Origin: Armatimonadota bacterium
Lineage (GTDB): Bacteria; Sysuimicrobiota; Sysuimicrobiia; Sysuimicrobiales; Humicultoraceae
Direction of reading: 5' to 3'
Assembly: GCA_052386995.1 (NCBI GenBank)
Contig: JBQTJP010000051.1
Span: 1-38,979, forward strand
Length of the DNA stretch: 38,979 nt
The translations under genes were made by a program, and so were the position numbers. The number at the start of each line of letters is the position of its first letter. The first letter of the stretch is position 1. The notes under the pieces were generated by a model that was given only the letters and a program-made list of their open reading frames with translations, searched no databases and was not told the origin of the DNA. Below are positions 29,141-38,629 of the stretch, piece after piece.

Positions 29141-30292
29141 ATGCGCTGGGTAATGCTGTTGCTGGTCATTCTCGTCGTGGGCAGCATTGCGCTCACGGGC
29201 ACCGCGCAGCCAAAGCTCAAGGCTGGCTTCATCTATGTCGGCCCGATCGGTGACTACGGGTGGACGCACGCCCACGATCAGGCCCGGAAGCTCACCGAGA
29301 AGGCAGTACCGGGGCTCGAGACGGTGTATGTCGAGAGCGTTCCGGAGGGTCAGGCCGCACCGTTCATTGACAAACTGGTGCAGCAGGGCGCCAACATCAT
29401 CTTCACGACCAGTTTTGGCTTCATGGACGGCACTCTGGCCGCGGCGAAGAAGTACCCCGATGTCATCTTCGCGCACGCGTCGGGCTTCAAGCGCGCGCCC
29501 AACATGGCCACCTACATGGCCGACTTCTATCAGGTCTACTATCTGAATGGCCTCATGGCCGGCGCCCTGACAAAGTCAGGAAAGGTCGGCTACGTCGGCG
29601 CGTTCCCGATCCCCGAGGTGAAGCGTCACATCGATGCGTTCGCTCTGGGCATTCGCGCGGTCAATCCGAAGGCCACGCTTCACGTCCGCTGGATCTTCGA
29701 GTGGTTCAAGCCGTCGGCCGCGAAAGAGGCCGCGGTGGCACTCATCTCTGAGGGGGCGGACGTTCTGGCCTTCACCGAGGATTCACCCACGGTCGTCCAG
29801 GAGGCGGGCAAGCGCGGGCTGGCGAGTTTCGGCCACTACTCTCCAATGCACAAGTTCGCGCTCAAACACGTCGTTTCCGGACAACTCGTGCACTGGGAGA
29901 AGATCTACATCGATTTCCTGACGAAGGTGAGCGAGGGCAAGTATACGACGAAGAATCTGCAGAACGTCGATTACTGGTGGCTGCTGGCGGAGGGTGCTGT
30001 CGAGCTTGGCGGCGACTTTGGCATGCCGATCAGCGCCGCCTGGAAGAGCAAGCTCCAGGCAGTCAAAGTGAATACGCCCGACCTCGGGAGGATCTCGGCT
30101 CACGACCTCGTCATGAAGCGAATGGCGCAGATGTCCGATTCCACCGTGACGTTCGATCCCTTCACGGGCCCGATCAAGGACCGCAAGGGCAAGGTGCGTG
30201 TGCAGGCGGGCAAGCGCATGACTGTCGCCGAGCTCACGAGCATGGAGTGGGCCGCACCCGGCGTCGTGGGCCCCTGGCCCAAGGAACCATAG
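29141..30292 (+). CDS. BMP/PnrA family ABC substrate-binding protein (purine nucleoside type)
   Basis: GGGAGG RBS; FIYVGPIGDYGWTHAHD, TSFGFMD, FPIPEV; signal peptide without lipobox Cys. Confidence 0.9.
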   Translation: MRWVMLLLVILVVGSIALTGTAQPKLKAGFIYVGPIGDYGWTHAHDQARKLTEKAVPGLETVYVESVPEGQAAPFIDKLVQQGANIIFTTSFGFMDGTLAAAKKYPDVIFAHASGFKRAPNMATYMADFYQVYYLNGLMAGALTKSGKVGYVGAFPIPEVKRHIDAFALGIRAVNPKATLHVRWIFEWFKPSAAKEAAVALISEGADVLAFTEDSPTVVQEAGKRGLASFGHYSPMHKFALKHVVSGQLVHWEKIYIDFLTKVSEGKYTTKNLQNVDYWWLLAEGAVELGGDFGMPISAAWKSKLQAVKVNTPDLGRISAHDLVMKRMAQMSDSTVTFDPFTGPIKDRKGKVRVQAGKRMTVAELTSMEWAAPGVVGPWPKEP

Positions 30293-30321
30293 CCGCGAAG
30301 GGGTCTTTGCAAGCGGACTCT

Positions 30322-30948
30322 TCAGGCGCCGCGGGCAGTCAGGACGTCGAGGACCTGAGTGAGCGGCACGCGGCGGGTGGCCAGCAGCACCAGGAGGTGG
30401 TAGAGCACGTCGGCCGCCTCTTCGGCCACGCGGTCTGGCGTTTCCTCGCGGGCCGCGCGGACGACCTCTTCCGCCTCTTCGGCGACCTTCGCCCCGATCG
30501 CGTCGTGGCCGCCGCGAAGCAGCGCGGCCGTGTATGACTTCTCCGGCATGGTCCGCCGGCGCTCACCGATCGTCGTCTCCAGGCGCGAGAGCACCGGGCC
30601 GGACGGCCGTTCCTGTCCCTCGGCCGTTCGGTAGAAGCACGATACCTGTCCGGTGTGGCACGCGGGACCGTTCGGCACAACCTGAGCCAGGATCGCGTCA
30701 CCGTCGCAGTCGATACTGATCCCAACGAGGCGCTGTGTATGGCCAGAGGTCTCGCCCTTGTGCCACAGCGTCCCGCGCGAGCGACTCCAAAACCAGGTCT
30801 CGCCGGTCTGTATCGTGCGAGCCATTGCCTCCCGGTTCATCCACGCCAGCATCAGGACAGCGCCGGTGCGGGCGTCCTGCACGACGCAGGGCAGGAGGCC
30901 ATTCGCCCACTTCAAGGAAACGGCACTGGAACTGTCCACGGCACTCAC
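30322..30948 (-). CDS. hisIE: Bifunctional phosphoribosyl-AMP cyclohydrolase / phosphoribosyl-ATP pyrophosphatase
   Basis: [46 protein letters not shown] overlap with hisF. Confidence 0.95.
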   Translation of the reverse strand: MSAVDSSSAVSLKWANGLLPCVVQDARTGAVLMLAWMNREAMARTIQTGETWFWSRSRGTLWHKGETSGHTQRLVGISIDCDGDAILAQVVPNGPACHTGQVSCFYRTAEGQERPSGPVLSRLETTIGERRRTMPEKSYTAALLRGGHDAIGAKVAEEAEEVVRAAREETPDRVAEEAADVLYHLLVLLATRRVPLTQVLDVLTARGA

Positions 30949-31778
30949 GCGCGCGCCTCCTCCACTTCTCCGCCGCTGCCTCCGCCCACGGCGTCCACCC
31001 GGACCGGAATGCCGGCGGCGGCGAGCGCTGCCTTCACGACGGGAATAGGATAGGCATCGAAGTGGAAGATCGACGCGGCAAGGGCGGCGTCTGCGCCGCC
31101 CAACGTGAGGGCATCGCGCAGGTGGTCTGGATGCCCGGCGCCGCCCGAAGCGATGAGGGGGATTGTGACCGCGTCGGCAACGCGCCGTGTCAGCGCCAGC
31201 TCGTATCCGTCGCTGGTTCCGTCGCGGTCGATGCTCGTCAACAGAATCTCCCCGGCGCCCAGACCCTGGGCCTCCTTCGCCCATGCCACGGCGTCGCGGC
31301 CCGTGCGCCGGCGCCCTCCGTGGGTGACCACTTCATACCAGGCATCCGAGCCGTTTCCCCGCGGGCCGTTCCCCTCGTGCCGCAGCGCGTCGATAGCCAC
31401 CACGACGCACTGGCTGCCGAATCGGTCCGCGGCCTCGGCAACGAGACGCGGCCGGGCGAGGGCCGCGGTGTTCACCGCCACTTTGTCCGCGCCGGCGAGG
31501 AGCAGCTCGCGCACGTCCTCGACCGAGCGCACCCCTCCGCCCACGGTCAGCGGAATGAATACGCGCTCAGCGGTCCGCGCAACCACATCGAGCAAGGCGC
31601 CCCGGCCTTCCACGGACGCCGTGATGTCAAGGTACACGAGCTCGTCGGCGCCGTCGGCATCATAGCGTGAGGCGAGCGCCACAGGGTCGCCGGCATCGCG
31701 CAGGTCCACGAACGCGCGTCCCTTCACCACGCGGCCGCTCCTGACATCGAGACAGGGAATGATGCGTCTCGCCAGCAT
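30945..31778 (-). CDS. hisF: Imidazole glycerol phosphate synthase cyclase subunit
   Basis: [51 protein letters not shown]. Confidence 0.97.
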   Translation of the reverse strand: MLARRIIPCLDVRSGRVVKGRAFVDLRDAGDPVALASRYDADGADELVYLDITASVEGRGALLDVVARTAERVFIPLTVGGGVRSVEDVRELLLAGADKVAVNTAALARPRLVAEAADRFGSQCVVVAIDALRHEGNGPRGNGSDAWYEVVTHGGRRRTGRDAVAWAKEAQGLGAGEILLTSIDRDGTSDGYELALTRRVADAVTIPLIASGGAGHPDHLRDALTLGGADAALAASIFHFDAYPIPVVKAALAAAGIPVRVDAVGGGSGGEVEEARA

Positions 31779-32542
31779 TAGCCGGCTCCGGTGATCCGAG
31801 GGGCCGCCGTCCGTGTCCCTGGTGCCTGCGTGCCCCCGGCCGCGCGAAGGGCATCAGCGAGCGACAGGCGTCCGTCATAGACGGCCCGGCCGATAATGAT
31901 CCCCTCCGCCCCAGCGGCGGCCGCGGCCATCACGTCGGCACGCGAAGCGACGCCCCCCGAAAGGACGACGGGCACGCCGACGCGCGCAATCAACGCGGCC
32001 AGACCCGCAAGATCAGGGCCGGTCAGCATGCCATCGCGCGCAACGTCGGTGTAGATCAGGCGCGGGGCTCCCGCCTCGGCCAGCCTCGCCGCGGCGTCGA
32101 GCGCCGACACGCGGGTGGTGAACCGCCATCCCTCAATCGCGACCAGATCGTCCCGCACATCCAGGGCTACCGCAATCCGCTCGCCGAATTCCGCGAGCGC
32201 CCCGGGCAGCAGGTCACCGGCCATCGCCGCGGTTCCCAGGATCACGCGAACCGCGCCTGCCCCAAAGGCCGCGCGCACATCGGGGAGGGTCCGCAGCCCT
32301 CCGCCGACCTGGACCGGAACCGCTACATCCGCGCAGATGCGCGCGATCGTGGCCAGGTGCCGCGGCGCGCCTTCGCGTGCTCCGTCGAGATCGACGACGT
32401 GCAGCCACGGCGCACCCTCATCGGCCCAACGGCGGGCCACCGCGACCGGATCGTCGCCGACGTCGGTCCGGCGGGAGGCGTCGCCCTGCCGCAGGCGCAC
32501 CGCCCGTCCATCCATCAGATCGATCGCGGGATAGACAATCAT
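31778..32542 (-). CDS. hisA: ProFAR isomerase
   Basis: [39 protein letters not shown]. Confidence 0.96.
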   Translation of the reverse strand: MIVYPAIDLMDGRAVRLRQGDASRRTDVGDDPVAVARRWADEGAPWLHVVDLDGAREGAPRHLATIARICADVAVPVQVGGGLRTLPDVRAAFGAGAVRVILGTAAMAGDLLPGALAEFGERIAVALDVRDDLVAIEGWRFTTRVSALDAAARLAEAGAPRLIYTDVARDGMLTGPDLAGLAALIARVGVPVVLSGGVASRADVMAAAAAGAEGIIIGRAVYDGRLSLADALRAAGGTQAPGTRTAAPRITGAG

Positions 32543-33168
32543 GCCCGGGCGCGCACGGTCGAGACCTCAATCACAAGGTTGCGCAGCAGGTGCGCGCCGA
32601 CGCGGCTGCTCTTCTCGGGATGAAACTGCAGGCCCCAGACTGCGCCCTGCCGTACGATGGCCGGGAAGCTCACCCCGTACGTCGTCTCCGCCACAACGGT
32701 CTGGGGATCGGCGGGCTGCACCACATACGAGTGGACGAAGTACACGTACGGGCGTTCCGGAAGGCCCCTCAACACGGGGGCTCCCGTGCCTTCCAGCACA
32801 TTCCAGCCCATGTGCGGTACTTTGACGCTATTGGGCAGGCGGCGTACCACTCCCGGGATCAAGCCAAAACCGGATGTCCAGCCACCCTCATCGCTCTCGT
32901 CGAAGAGGAGCTGCATACCCAAGCAGATGCCGACGAGCGGCGTGCCGCCTCGCGCGGCCTCGCAGATCGGGTCGACCAACCCGGCGTCGCGCAACCTGGC
33001 CATCGCCGGACCGAACGCGCCGACGCCGGGCACCACAATGGCGTCGGCCCGGCGCAGGCCGTCTGGGCCCGCGGTGATCGCGGGAGACGTGCCGGCCTCG
33101 GCCAGCGCGCGTGCCGCACTGCGCAGGTTACCGGCGCCGTAGTCTATGAGCGCGATCCGCATCGCCAT
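32539..33168 (-). CDS. hisH: Imidazole glycerol phosphate synthase glutaminase subunit
   Basis: DYGAGNL.S, PGVGAF, GICLGMQ, PHMGWN, YFVHSY, QFHPEKS. Confidence 0.97.
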   Translation of the reverse strand: MAMRIALIDYGAGNLRSAARALAEAGTSPAITAGPDGLRRADAIVVPGVGAFGPAMARLRDAGLVDPICEAARGGTPLVGICLGMQLLFDESDEGGWTSGFGLIPGVVRRLPNSVKVPHMGWNVLEGTGAPVLRGLPERPYVYFVHSYVVQPADPQTVVAETTYGVSFPAIVRQGAVWGLQFHPEKSSRVGAHLLRNLVIEVSTVRARA

Positions 33169-33177
33169 CTTCGGACC

Positions 33178-33759
33178 TCAGAGCACACCCTTGGTGGACG
33201 GCACGCCGCGGCCGACCACCGCCACCGCGCGACCCAGTGCCACGCCCAGACCCTTGAAAGCGGCCTCGGCAATATGATGGCTGTTGCGGCCCCGCACGAG
33301 ATCAAGGTGCAGCGTGACCGCCGCGTGGCTGACGAACGCGCGCAGGGTCTCCTCGATGAGCTCTGCCGGGAACGTGCCGATGCGATCGGTCGGAACCGGC
33401 AGGTCGAGATGGAGATAGGCTCGGCCCGAGATGTCGAGGGCCACGCGGACGAGCGTCTCGTCCATCGGCAGGTGCAGTGACGCGAATCGCGCGATACCCT
33501 CTCCCCGCCCCACGGCCTGCCGCACCGCCTGCCCCAGGACAATGCTCGCATCTTCCACCGTGTGGTGCACGTCCACCGCCAGGTCGCCGCTCGCGCGCAG
33601 TGTGAGATCGAACCCACTGTGGCGGACCAGCGAGGCGAGCAGATGGTCAAAGAAGGGCACGCCGGTCTCGATGGAGGCCTGCCCCACACCGTCGAGGGTG
33701 AGGCTGGCCGTGATCTCTGACTCGGCCGTACGGCGCTGGACCTCGGCGCTGCGCGTCAT
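33178..33759 (-). CDS. hisB: Imidazoleglycerol-phosphate dehydratase (monofunctional)
   Basis: TGVPFFDHLL, DVHHTVED, PMDE, NSHHIAEA.FK, PSTKGVL; no phosphatase domain. Confidence 0.96.
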   Translation of the reverse strand: MTRSAEVQRRTAESEITASLTLDGVGQASIETGVPFFDHLLASLVRHSGFDLTLRASGDLAVDVHHTVEDASIVLGQAVRQAVGRGEGIARFASLHLPMDETLVRVALDISGRAYLHLDLPVPTDRIGTFPAELIEETLRAFVSHAAVTLHLDLVRGRNSHHIAEAAFKGLGVALGRAVAVVGRGVPSTKGVL

Positions 33760-33775
33760 GATCCCGCCCCGCGGC

Positions 33776-34891
33776 TCATGATCCACTCCGCGGCGCGGCG
33801 CGATCCGTCCGCGGTACGGCCGCCCCGATGGCCGCGAGAAACCGGTCGTTGTCCTCCGGTGACCCGATCGAAACCCGCAGGCACGCTCCCAGTGCCGGCG
33901 CCGATGAGACGTCGCGGACCAGCACGCCCTGGTGCGCGAGGTCCTGCCAGACATCTCTCGGGCGCCGTCCCGGCTCAAAGAGAATGAAGTTGGTCTCGCT
34001 CGGATAGACGCGCATCCCGAGACGCCCCAGCGCCGACGCAACGCGGCCGCGCTCGGCGATGACGGTGCGCACGCGGTCGACGGCGACCTCCCGGTGCCCC
34101 ACCAGGATTGGGGCCGCGACCTGGGCGACCAGGTTCAAACTATACGGCGGCGACACCTTGGCGATCTCATCGGCCACCGGCGCCTGGGCGGTGATCCACC
34201 CGATGCGAAGGCCGGCGCTCGCCATCGCCTTGCTGAATGTCCGCGCCAGTAAGACATGCGCGTAGCGGTGCACCAACTCCAGGTGAGACACCTGTGTGAA
34301 TTCCCAGTAGGCCTCGTCGATGATGACGGCACCCGGCGCACCTTCGAGCACCGCGGTCACGGCACCGCGATCGAAGACATTGCCCGTGGGGTTGTTGGGC
34401 GAGGCCAGATAGATCGCCGCGGCGCGATGTGCGTGCGCGGCTCGCAGCAGTGCGTCGGGGTCGAGCGCAAAATCGCGTCCCAGCGGCACTTCGATCACGC
34501 GCGCGCCGGTGGCGATCGCCAGTGTTTTCGTGAGGGAGAATGTCGGCGTCGGCATAACGACCACCGCGCCCGACGCCGTTGCCGCGAACGCGGCCCGCAA
34601 CGCCTCGTTCGAACCCGCGGTCGGCACCACCATTGCCGGAGGCGTTCCCTGCATGCTCCCAATGGCCGCGGCGACCGCCTCGCCGCGCGTGGCCGACGGG
34701 TAGTGGTGCCAGGGCAGCGCGATCAGACGCTCGACCACCTCACGCTTGATTGCCTCCGGCCAGTCACCGGGCGCCTCATTCTGATGCAGCCTCACCGCGC
34801 CCTCGGGGGCGGGCAGCCGATATGCTCGGATCGCCCGCACCTCGGGCCGGATGGTCGCGACGCCCGCAGCCTGCTGATCAGCCGGCCTCAT
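33776..34891 (-). CDS. hisC: Histidinol-phosphate aminotransferase
   Basis: LHQNE, GSNE, SPNNPTG, IDEAY.EF, RTFSKA..AGLRIG; position in the his operon. Confidence 0.92.
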   Translation of the reverse strand: MRPADQQAAGVATIRPEVRAIRAYRLPAPEGAVRLHQNEAPGDWPEAIKREVVERLIALPWHHYPSATRGEAVAAAIGSMQGTPPAMVVPTAGSNEALRAAFAATASGAVVVMPTPTFSLTKTLAIATGARVIEVPLGRDFALDPDALLRAAHAHRAAAIYLASPNNPTGNVFDRGAVTAVLEGAPGAVIIDEAYWEFTQVSHLELVHRYAHVLLARTFSKAMASAGLRIGWITAQAPVADEIAKVSPPYSLNLVAQVAAPILVGHREVAVDRVRTVIAERGRVASALGRLGMRVYPSETNFILFEPGRRPRDVWQDLAHQGVLVRDVSSAPALGACLRVSIGSPEDNDRFLAAIGAAVPRTDRAAPRSGS

Positions 34892-36240
34892 GTTCGTTCC
34901 CCTTCGCGCTCGGTGATGGCCTGCACGTGCGCGGGAAAGCCTTCGTACCGTCCGAGGACGGCCGCCACCGGGCCGACCGCCCGCAGCCCTTCGGCAGTGA
35001 GTACGGCGAGCGACGTCGCCTTCAAGAACGAGAGCACCGTGACTCCCGACGCGGCCACGGCTGCTCCGCCCGTTGGAAGGGCGGCAGGAACGCCAATGGC
35101 ATAGTTCGCCGCGGCAAATGGCGTCGTCTGGCCCATCAGGATCTCCCCGGCGTGACGAATACGCCCCGCTACGTTCATCGGATCAGCGACGGCCAGCTGC
35201 AGGTGCTCCGGCGCATACAGGTTGATCCAGGCGATGGCTTCGTCGAGATCGGCGGTGAAGACGCCTCCCAGATCGGTCAGGGCACTTCGCGCAAACGAGC
35301 GGCGGGGCTCGGGCAGGCGTTCGAGATAGCGCGGCAGGACCACGACGGTGCGCTCCGCCACAGACGCGTCGACCGCCACCAGGATTGCGGCCGAATCCGC
35401 GCCGTGCTCGGCCTCGTTCAGGAGATCGATCGCCAAACGCTCCGGATCCGCCGACCCATCCGCAAGGATGATCGCTTCGCTGGGACCGAGGGTGACCAGC
35501 AGCCGTGCGCCGTAGGCCGCGGCGGCCTGCTGGACCGCGGCGATCACCGGATTGCCCGGGCCGACGATGACGTCGGTCTTCGGAATCGTCTCTGTGCCGA
35601 CCGCGAGCGCGGCCACGCCCGCCGCACCGTTGCAGCGGAAGATGCGCGTGATCCCCAGCATGTCCGCGGCGACCAAAATCGCGGGATCAACGTTCCCGTC
35701 AGGGCGCGGCGGGACGACGACGGCAATCTCCTCTACACCCGCGACGACGGCCGGAGCAGCGAGCATCACCAGCGTCGAAGGAAATGTGCCTTTGCCCGAC
35801 GGCACGTAGATGCCGGCCGAGCGGCACGCCGCATACTGAATGCCGGCCGTGATGCCGGGCTCCAGCTGCACCGTGGCGCGGGCCGGCGGTCGCAGCCACT
35901 CGTTGAATCGCCGCGAGCGGGCGATCGCGGTGTCCAGCGCCCGCCGCACATCGTCGTCAATGGCCGCATGCGCGGCGCGAGCCTCACCGCGACCCACCGG
36001 GAACTCCCGCGGCTCGAGCGCCACCCCATCCCACCGGCGGGTGTATGCCGACACCGCGGCATCGCCGTCGCGGGCGACATCCTCGAGCACGCCGCGCGCG
36101 TACGCCCGCATCGCGTCGTTGAAGATCGCGTCCGACGAGCGACGAAGGCGGCGACGGAGGTCGTCTGCGGGAATGTCGCTGAGCCGCCGCACCACAAGAG
36201 CGTCGGAGATCGAGGCTTTGGGCGCCGCAGCGTCAGGCAT
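34888..36240 (-). CDS. hisD: Histidinol dehydrogenase family protein (divergent active site)
   Basis: GIYVP.G, VGPGN, GPSE, AEH, APEHL, LPTGG, EG..AH; located between hisG and hisC. Several canonical residues differ. Confidence 0.82.
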   Translation of the reverse strand: MPDAAAPKASISDALVVRRLSDIPADDLRRRLRRSSDAIFNDAMRAYARGVLEDVARDGDAAVSAYTRRWDGVALEPREFPVGRGEARAAHAAIDDDVRRALDTAIARSRRFNEWLRPPARATVQLEPGITAGIQYAACRSAGIYVPSGKGTFPSTLVMLAAPAVVAGVEEIAVVVPPRPDGNVDPAILVAADMLGITRIFRCNGAAGVAALAVGTETIPKTDVIVGPGNPVIAAVQQAAAAYGARLLVTLGPSEAIILADGSADPERLAIDLLNEAEHGADSAAILVAVDASVAERTVVVLPRYLERLPEPRRSFARSALTDLGGVFTADLDEAIAWINLYAPEHLQLAVADPMNVAGRIRHAGEILMGQTTPFAAANYAIGVPAALPTGGAAVAASGVTVLSFLKATSLAVLTAEGLRAVGPVAAVLGRYEGFPAHVQAITEREGERT

Positions 36241-36883
36241 GGACCTCGGGCGACCTCCCCAGGCACACGGCCTCGAGCGCGCCGATGAATTCCGGGACGC
36301 GGGGCACACGGCTCAGACTGCTGCGATTGACGACCAGCCGCGCGGTGGACCTCGCAATCTCCGCGACCTCGCGCAATTGGTTGGCGCGGAGCGTCTGTCC
36401 GGTCATGACCAGATCGACGATCCCATCGGCGAGACCCACCAGCGGCGCCAGTTCGACCGTGCCGTAGAGAACCACAATTTCCACCGGCCGCCCGGTCTCT
36501 TCAAAGTACCGCGCCGTCAGGCGGGGATATTTCGTGGCGACCCGCAGCATGCGCCCCGGACGCCACAGCTCTTCGACGCGGGCGTCGGGGAGCGCAACCA
36601 CCGCGCGGCAGGCGCCGAAACCCAGGTCGAGCAATTCATACACGTCGCGGCCCTGCTCGAGTACCATGTCGCGGCCGATGATTCCGACATCGGCGGCGCC
36701 TTGCTCGACGTACGCCAGAAGGTCGGTCGGCTTCGCCGCGATGACGCGCACGCCGTTCGGGAGCTCGACGAGGAGCCGGCGTCCGTCCCCCGCGGGGTCC
36801 AGAGGAAGGCCGGTCGCGCACAGAAGGCCGACTGCGTCGGCCCACAGCCGGCCGGTCGGAAGCGCGATCGTCAGCGCGTTCAT
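36233..36883 (-). CDS. hisG: ATP phosphoribosyltransferase, short form
   Basis: IALP.GRL, DLGFG.C, VATKYP, G.VELAP.VGLAD.IVDLV.TG.TL.AN; no C-terminal regulatory domain. Confidence 0.95.
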   Translation of the reverse strand: MNALTIALPTGRLWADAVGLLCATGLPLDPAGDGRRLLVELPNGVRVIAAKPTDLLAYVEQGAADVGIIGRDMVLEQGRDVYELLDLGFGACRAVVALPDARVEELWRPGRMLRVATKYPRLTARYFEETGRPVEIVVLYGTVELAPLVGLADGIVDLVMTGQTLRANQLREVAEIARSTARLVVNRSSLSRVPRVPEFIGALEAVCLGRSPEVHA

Positions 36884-38121
36884 GAAGCCTGCTCTAGTCC
36901 TTCGCGAACGACCTGGACGACCGCATCTGGAGCCACGGTCATCTCCCGTCCGTCGAACGCGATGGTCACCGCGCTGGCGGCCACCGTCACGGTGCACACG
37001 GGTTCGTCGATGCCCGCACGCGCGCCCACCGGCGCCATCACGACGGACAAGCCGATCCCTCGCAAACCTCGCGCGGCCTGGACGGCTGCACCGTACCCAC
37101 CGGCCCGATACCGCACGACGACCATGGGCCGGGGCTCTGCGTGGCCTTCGCCGGCCTCCAGCACCCGTTCGAGTCCGATCGCGAACCCCGTCGCCGGGGC
37201 GGCCCGACCGAAGCGCGCAAGGAGGCCATCATAACGCCCTCCGCCGAGGAGAGGCAGCCCCGCGCGCCCCGCATGGGCCTCGAACACCGTTCCGCTGTAG
37301 TACTCGAAGTCGCGAATCAGACCCAGGTCGACCTCGACGCGGACCGCCGGCATGTGTACCTTGACCCCGTCGAGCACGTCGCGCAGCGTCTGCAGTGCCT
37401 CACGGCTCTCCGACGTGACGGCCAGCGCGCCGGCGCGCTCGAGCGCGTGTTCACCCCGCAGGGTGGGAATCTGGCGCAGCGCGTCGCGGACCGGTCCGCC
37501 GGCCATCACACCGTCGAGGTCGGCGAATGCTCTCCGATAGAGCCGGTCACGGACGATCTCGGCCGTCTCGTCGGGCAGCGTGGCAAGCATCCCGCGGACG
37601 AAGCCCGCATGACCGACGCTGATCGCCGGTCGCGTGAGTCCGGCGGCATGCAGCGCATCCGCGGCAAGCGCGATGACCTCGACGTCCGCCTCCGGACCTG
37701 CTTCACCGATCAGCTCCACACCTGCCTGGGTGAACTCACGGAGTTGTCCCGAGCCCCGCTCCTGGCCGCGAAACACGGCGGCGATGTACGCCAGGCGCAG
37801 TGGGCCGGGCCCGGCGGGCAACAGGCGGGTGGCGGCAAACCGCGCAAGCGGCACCGTCATCTCCGGCCGGAGTGCCAGAACCTCTCCCCCGCTGTCGACC
37901 ATCTTGAGCAGGAGATCGGCAACCCCAGGCCCGGCGCCCTGCAGGAACGTATCGAGGAACTCGAGCGTCGGCGTCAGGACTTCGGCGTAGCCCCAGCGCG
38001 CGAAGACCTCCCGCAGGCGAGCCTCCAGCCGTCGACGCGCGGCCGCTTCGTCCACCGTCTGGTCGCGGAATCCGACCGGCAGATGCCGCCAGCGGGCGGT
38101 GTCGGGTCGTCGTATCCGCAC
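36880..38121 (-). CDS. hisZ: ATP phosphoribosyltransferase regulatory subunit
   Basis: HisRS-like P.G.RD, TPTLE, LRPEMT, REFTQAGVELIG, YYSG.VF, GGRYD; AAGGAG RBS before GTG 38121. Confidence 0.94.
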   Translation of the reverse strand: MRIRRPDTARWRHLPVGFRDQTVDEAAARRRLEARLREVFARWGYAEVLTPTLEFLDTFLQGAGPGVADLLLKMVDSGGEVLALRPEMTVPLARFAATRLLPAGPGPLRLAYIAAVFRGQERGSGQLREFTQAGVELIGEAGPEADVEVIALAADALHAAGLTRPAISVGHAGFVRGMLATLPDETAEIVRDRLYRRAFADLDGVMAGGPVRDALRQIPTLRGEHALERAGALAVTSESREALQTLRDVLDGVKVHMPAVRVEVDLGLIRDFEYYSGTVFEAHAGRAGLPLLGGGRYDGLLARFGRAAPATGFAIGLERVLEAGEGHAEPRPMVVVRYRAGGYGAAVQAARGLRGIGLSVVMAPVGARAGIDEPVCTVTVAASAVTIAFDGREMTVAPDAVVQVVREGLEQAS

Positions 38122-38130
38122 GCTTCTCTC

Positions 38131-38162
38131 CTTTATCACGCTAAACTGTTAGCGGAGTAAAC
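38131..38162. promoter_or_regulatory. Tandem HisR (YerC/TrpR-family)-type operator sites
   Basis: CTTTA-TCACGC-TAAAC (38131-38146) and TGTTA-GCGGAG-TAAAC (38147-38162): two pseudo-palindromes at 16-bp period between the promoter and the hisZ RBS. Confidence 0.7.
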
Positions 38163-38168
38163 AGCGGA

Positions 38169-38198
38169 AGTCTACCACGGCGGCGGTTGAGGGGTCAA
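38169..38198 (-). promoter_or_regulatory. Sigma70-type promoter of the his operon
   Basis: Minus strand TTGACC-N18-TAGACT with an extended -10 TG. Confidence 0.75.
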
Positions 38199-38243
38199 GA
38201 CTCCAGGAGCCGCCGGCCTCGTGGACGCGCCGAGCCGCCGGCG

Positions 38244-38564
38244 TCAGGCCCGCGGTCGGCTCAGCCGGCGAAGGATCGCGCGGTACCCGTCTGCGCCATA
38301 CTCGAGGAACCGGCGTACCCGGCTGATCGTCGCGCTGCTCGCGCCGGTCCGCCGCGCGATGTCCTCGTACTTCCATCCGGCGGCCAGCAGCCGCGCCATT
38401 TCAAGCCGGGCGGCAAGCGTGCGGATTTCTCGGATCGTGCACAGATCCTCGAAGAACCTGTAGCACTCATCCACCGAGCGGAGACTGAGGACCGCCCTCC
38501 ACAGCTGATCGGTCAGCGGATTGCGCAGTCTCGGATTGACGGGAGCGGGTGTTCGGCGCGGCAT
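38244..38564 (-). CDS. YerC/YecD family TrpR-related regulator (HisR candidate)
   Basis: L..AVL.L....ECY.FFEDLCT..E...A.R...A..L..G..Y..I...TGASSATISRV.R.L.YG.DGY; GGGAGG RBS. Confidence 0.92.
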   Translation of the reverse strand: MPRRTPAPVNPRLRNPLTDQLWRAVLSLRSVDECYRFFEDLCTIREIRTLAARLEMARLLAAGWKYEDIARRTGASSATISRVRRFLEYGADGYRAILRRLSRPRA

Positions 38565-38582
38565 GGAGCCCCTCCCAGGGTG

Positions 38583-38609
38583 CTTCTGCCGGCACGTTAG
38601 CTTCCCTGC
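38583..38609 (-). promoter_or_regulatory. Candidate SigH-like promoter for the YerC-family gene (GCAGGG-N17-GAAG)
   Basis: Minus strand GCAGGG AAGCTAACGTGCCGGCA GAAG. Confidence 0.45.
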
Positions 38610-38629
38610 CGGGGTGCGGCAGGGCCGTG

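Noticed and set aside
31345..31380. GNG-PR-GNG loop insertion in HisF
   Set aside because: Short low-complexity insertion in what is probably a variable loop; catalytic motifs are intact.
38122..38243. His attenuator leader peptide or T-box
   Set aside because: The predicted leader is only about 40 nt, with no His-codon run or T-box sequence.
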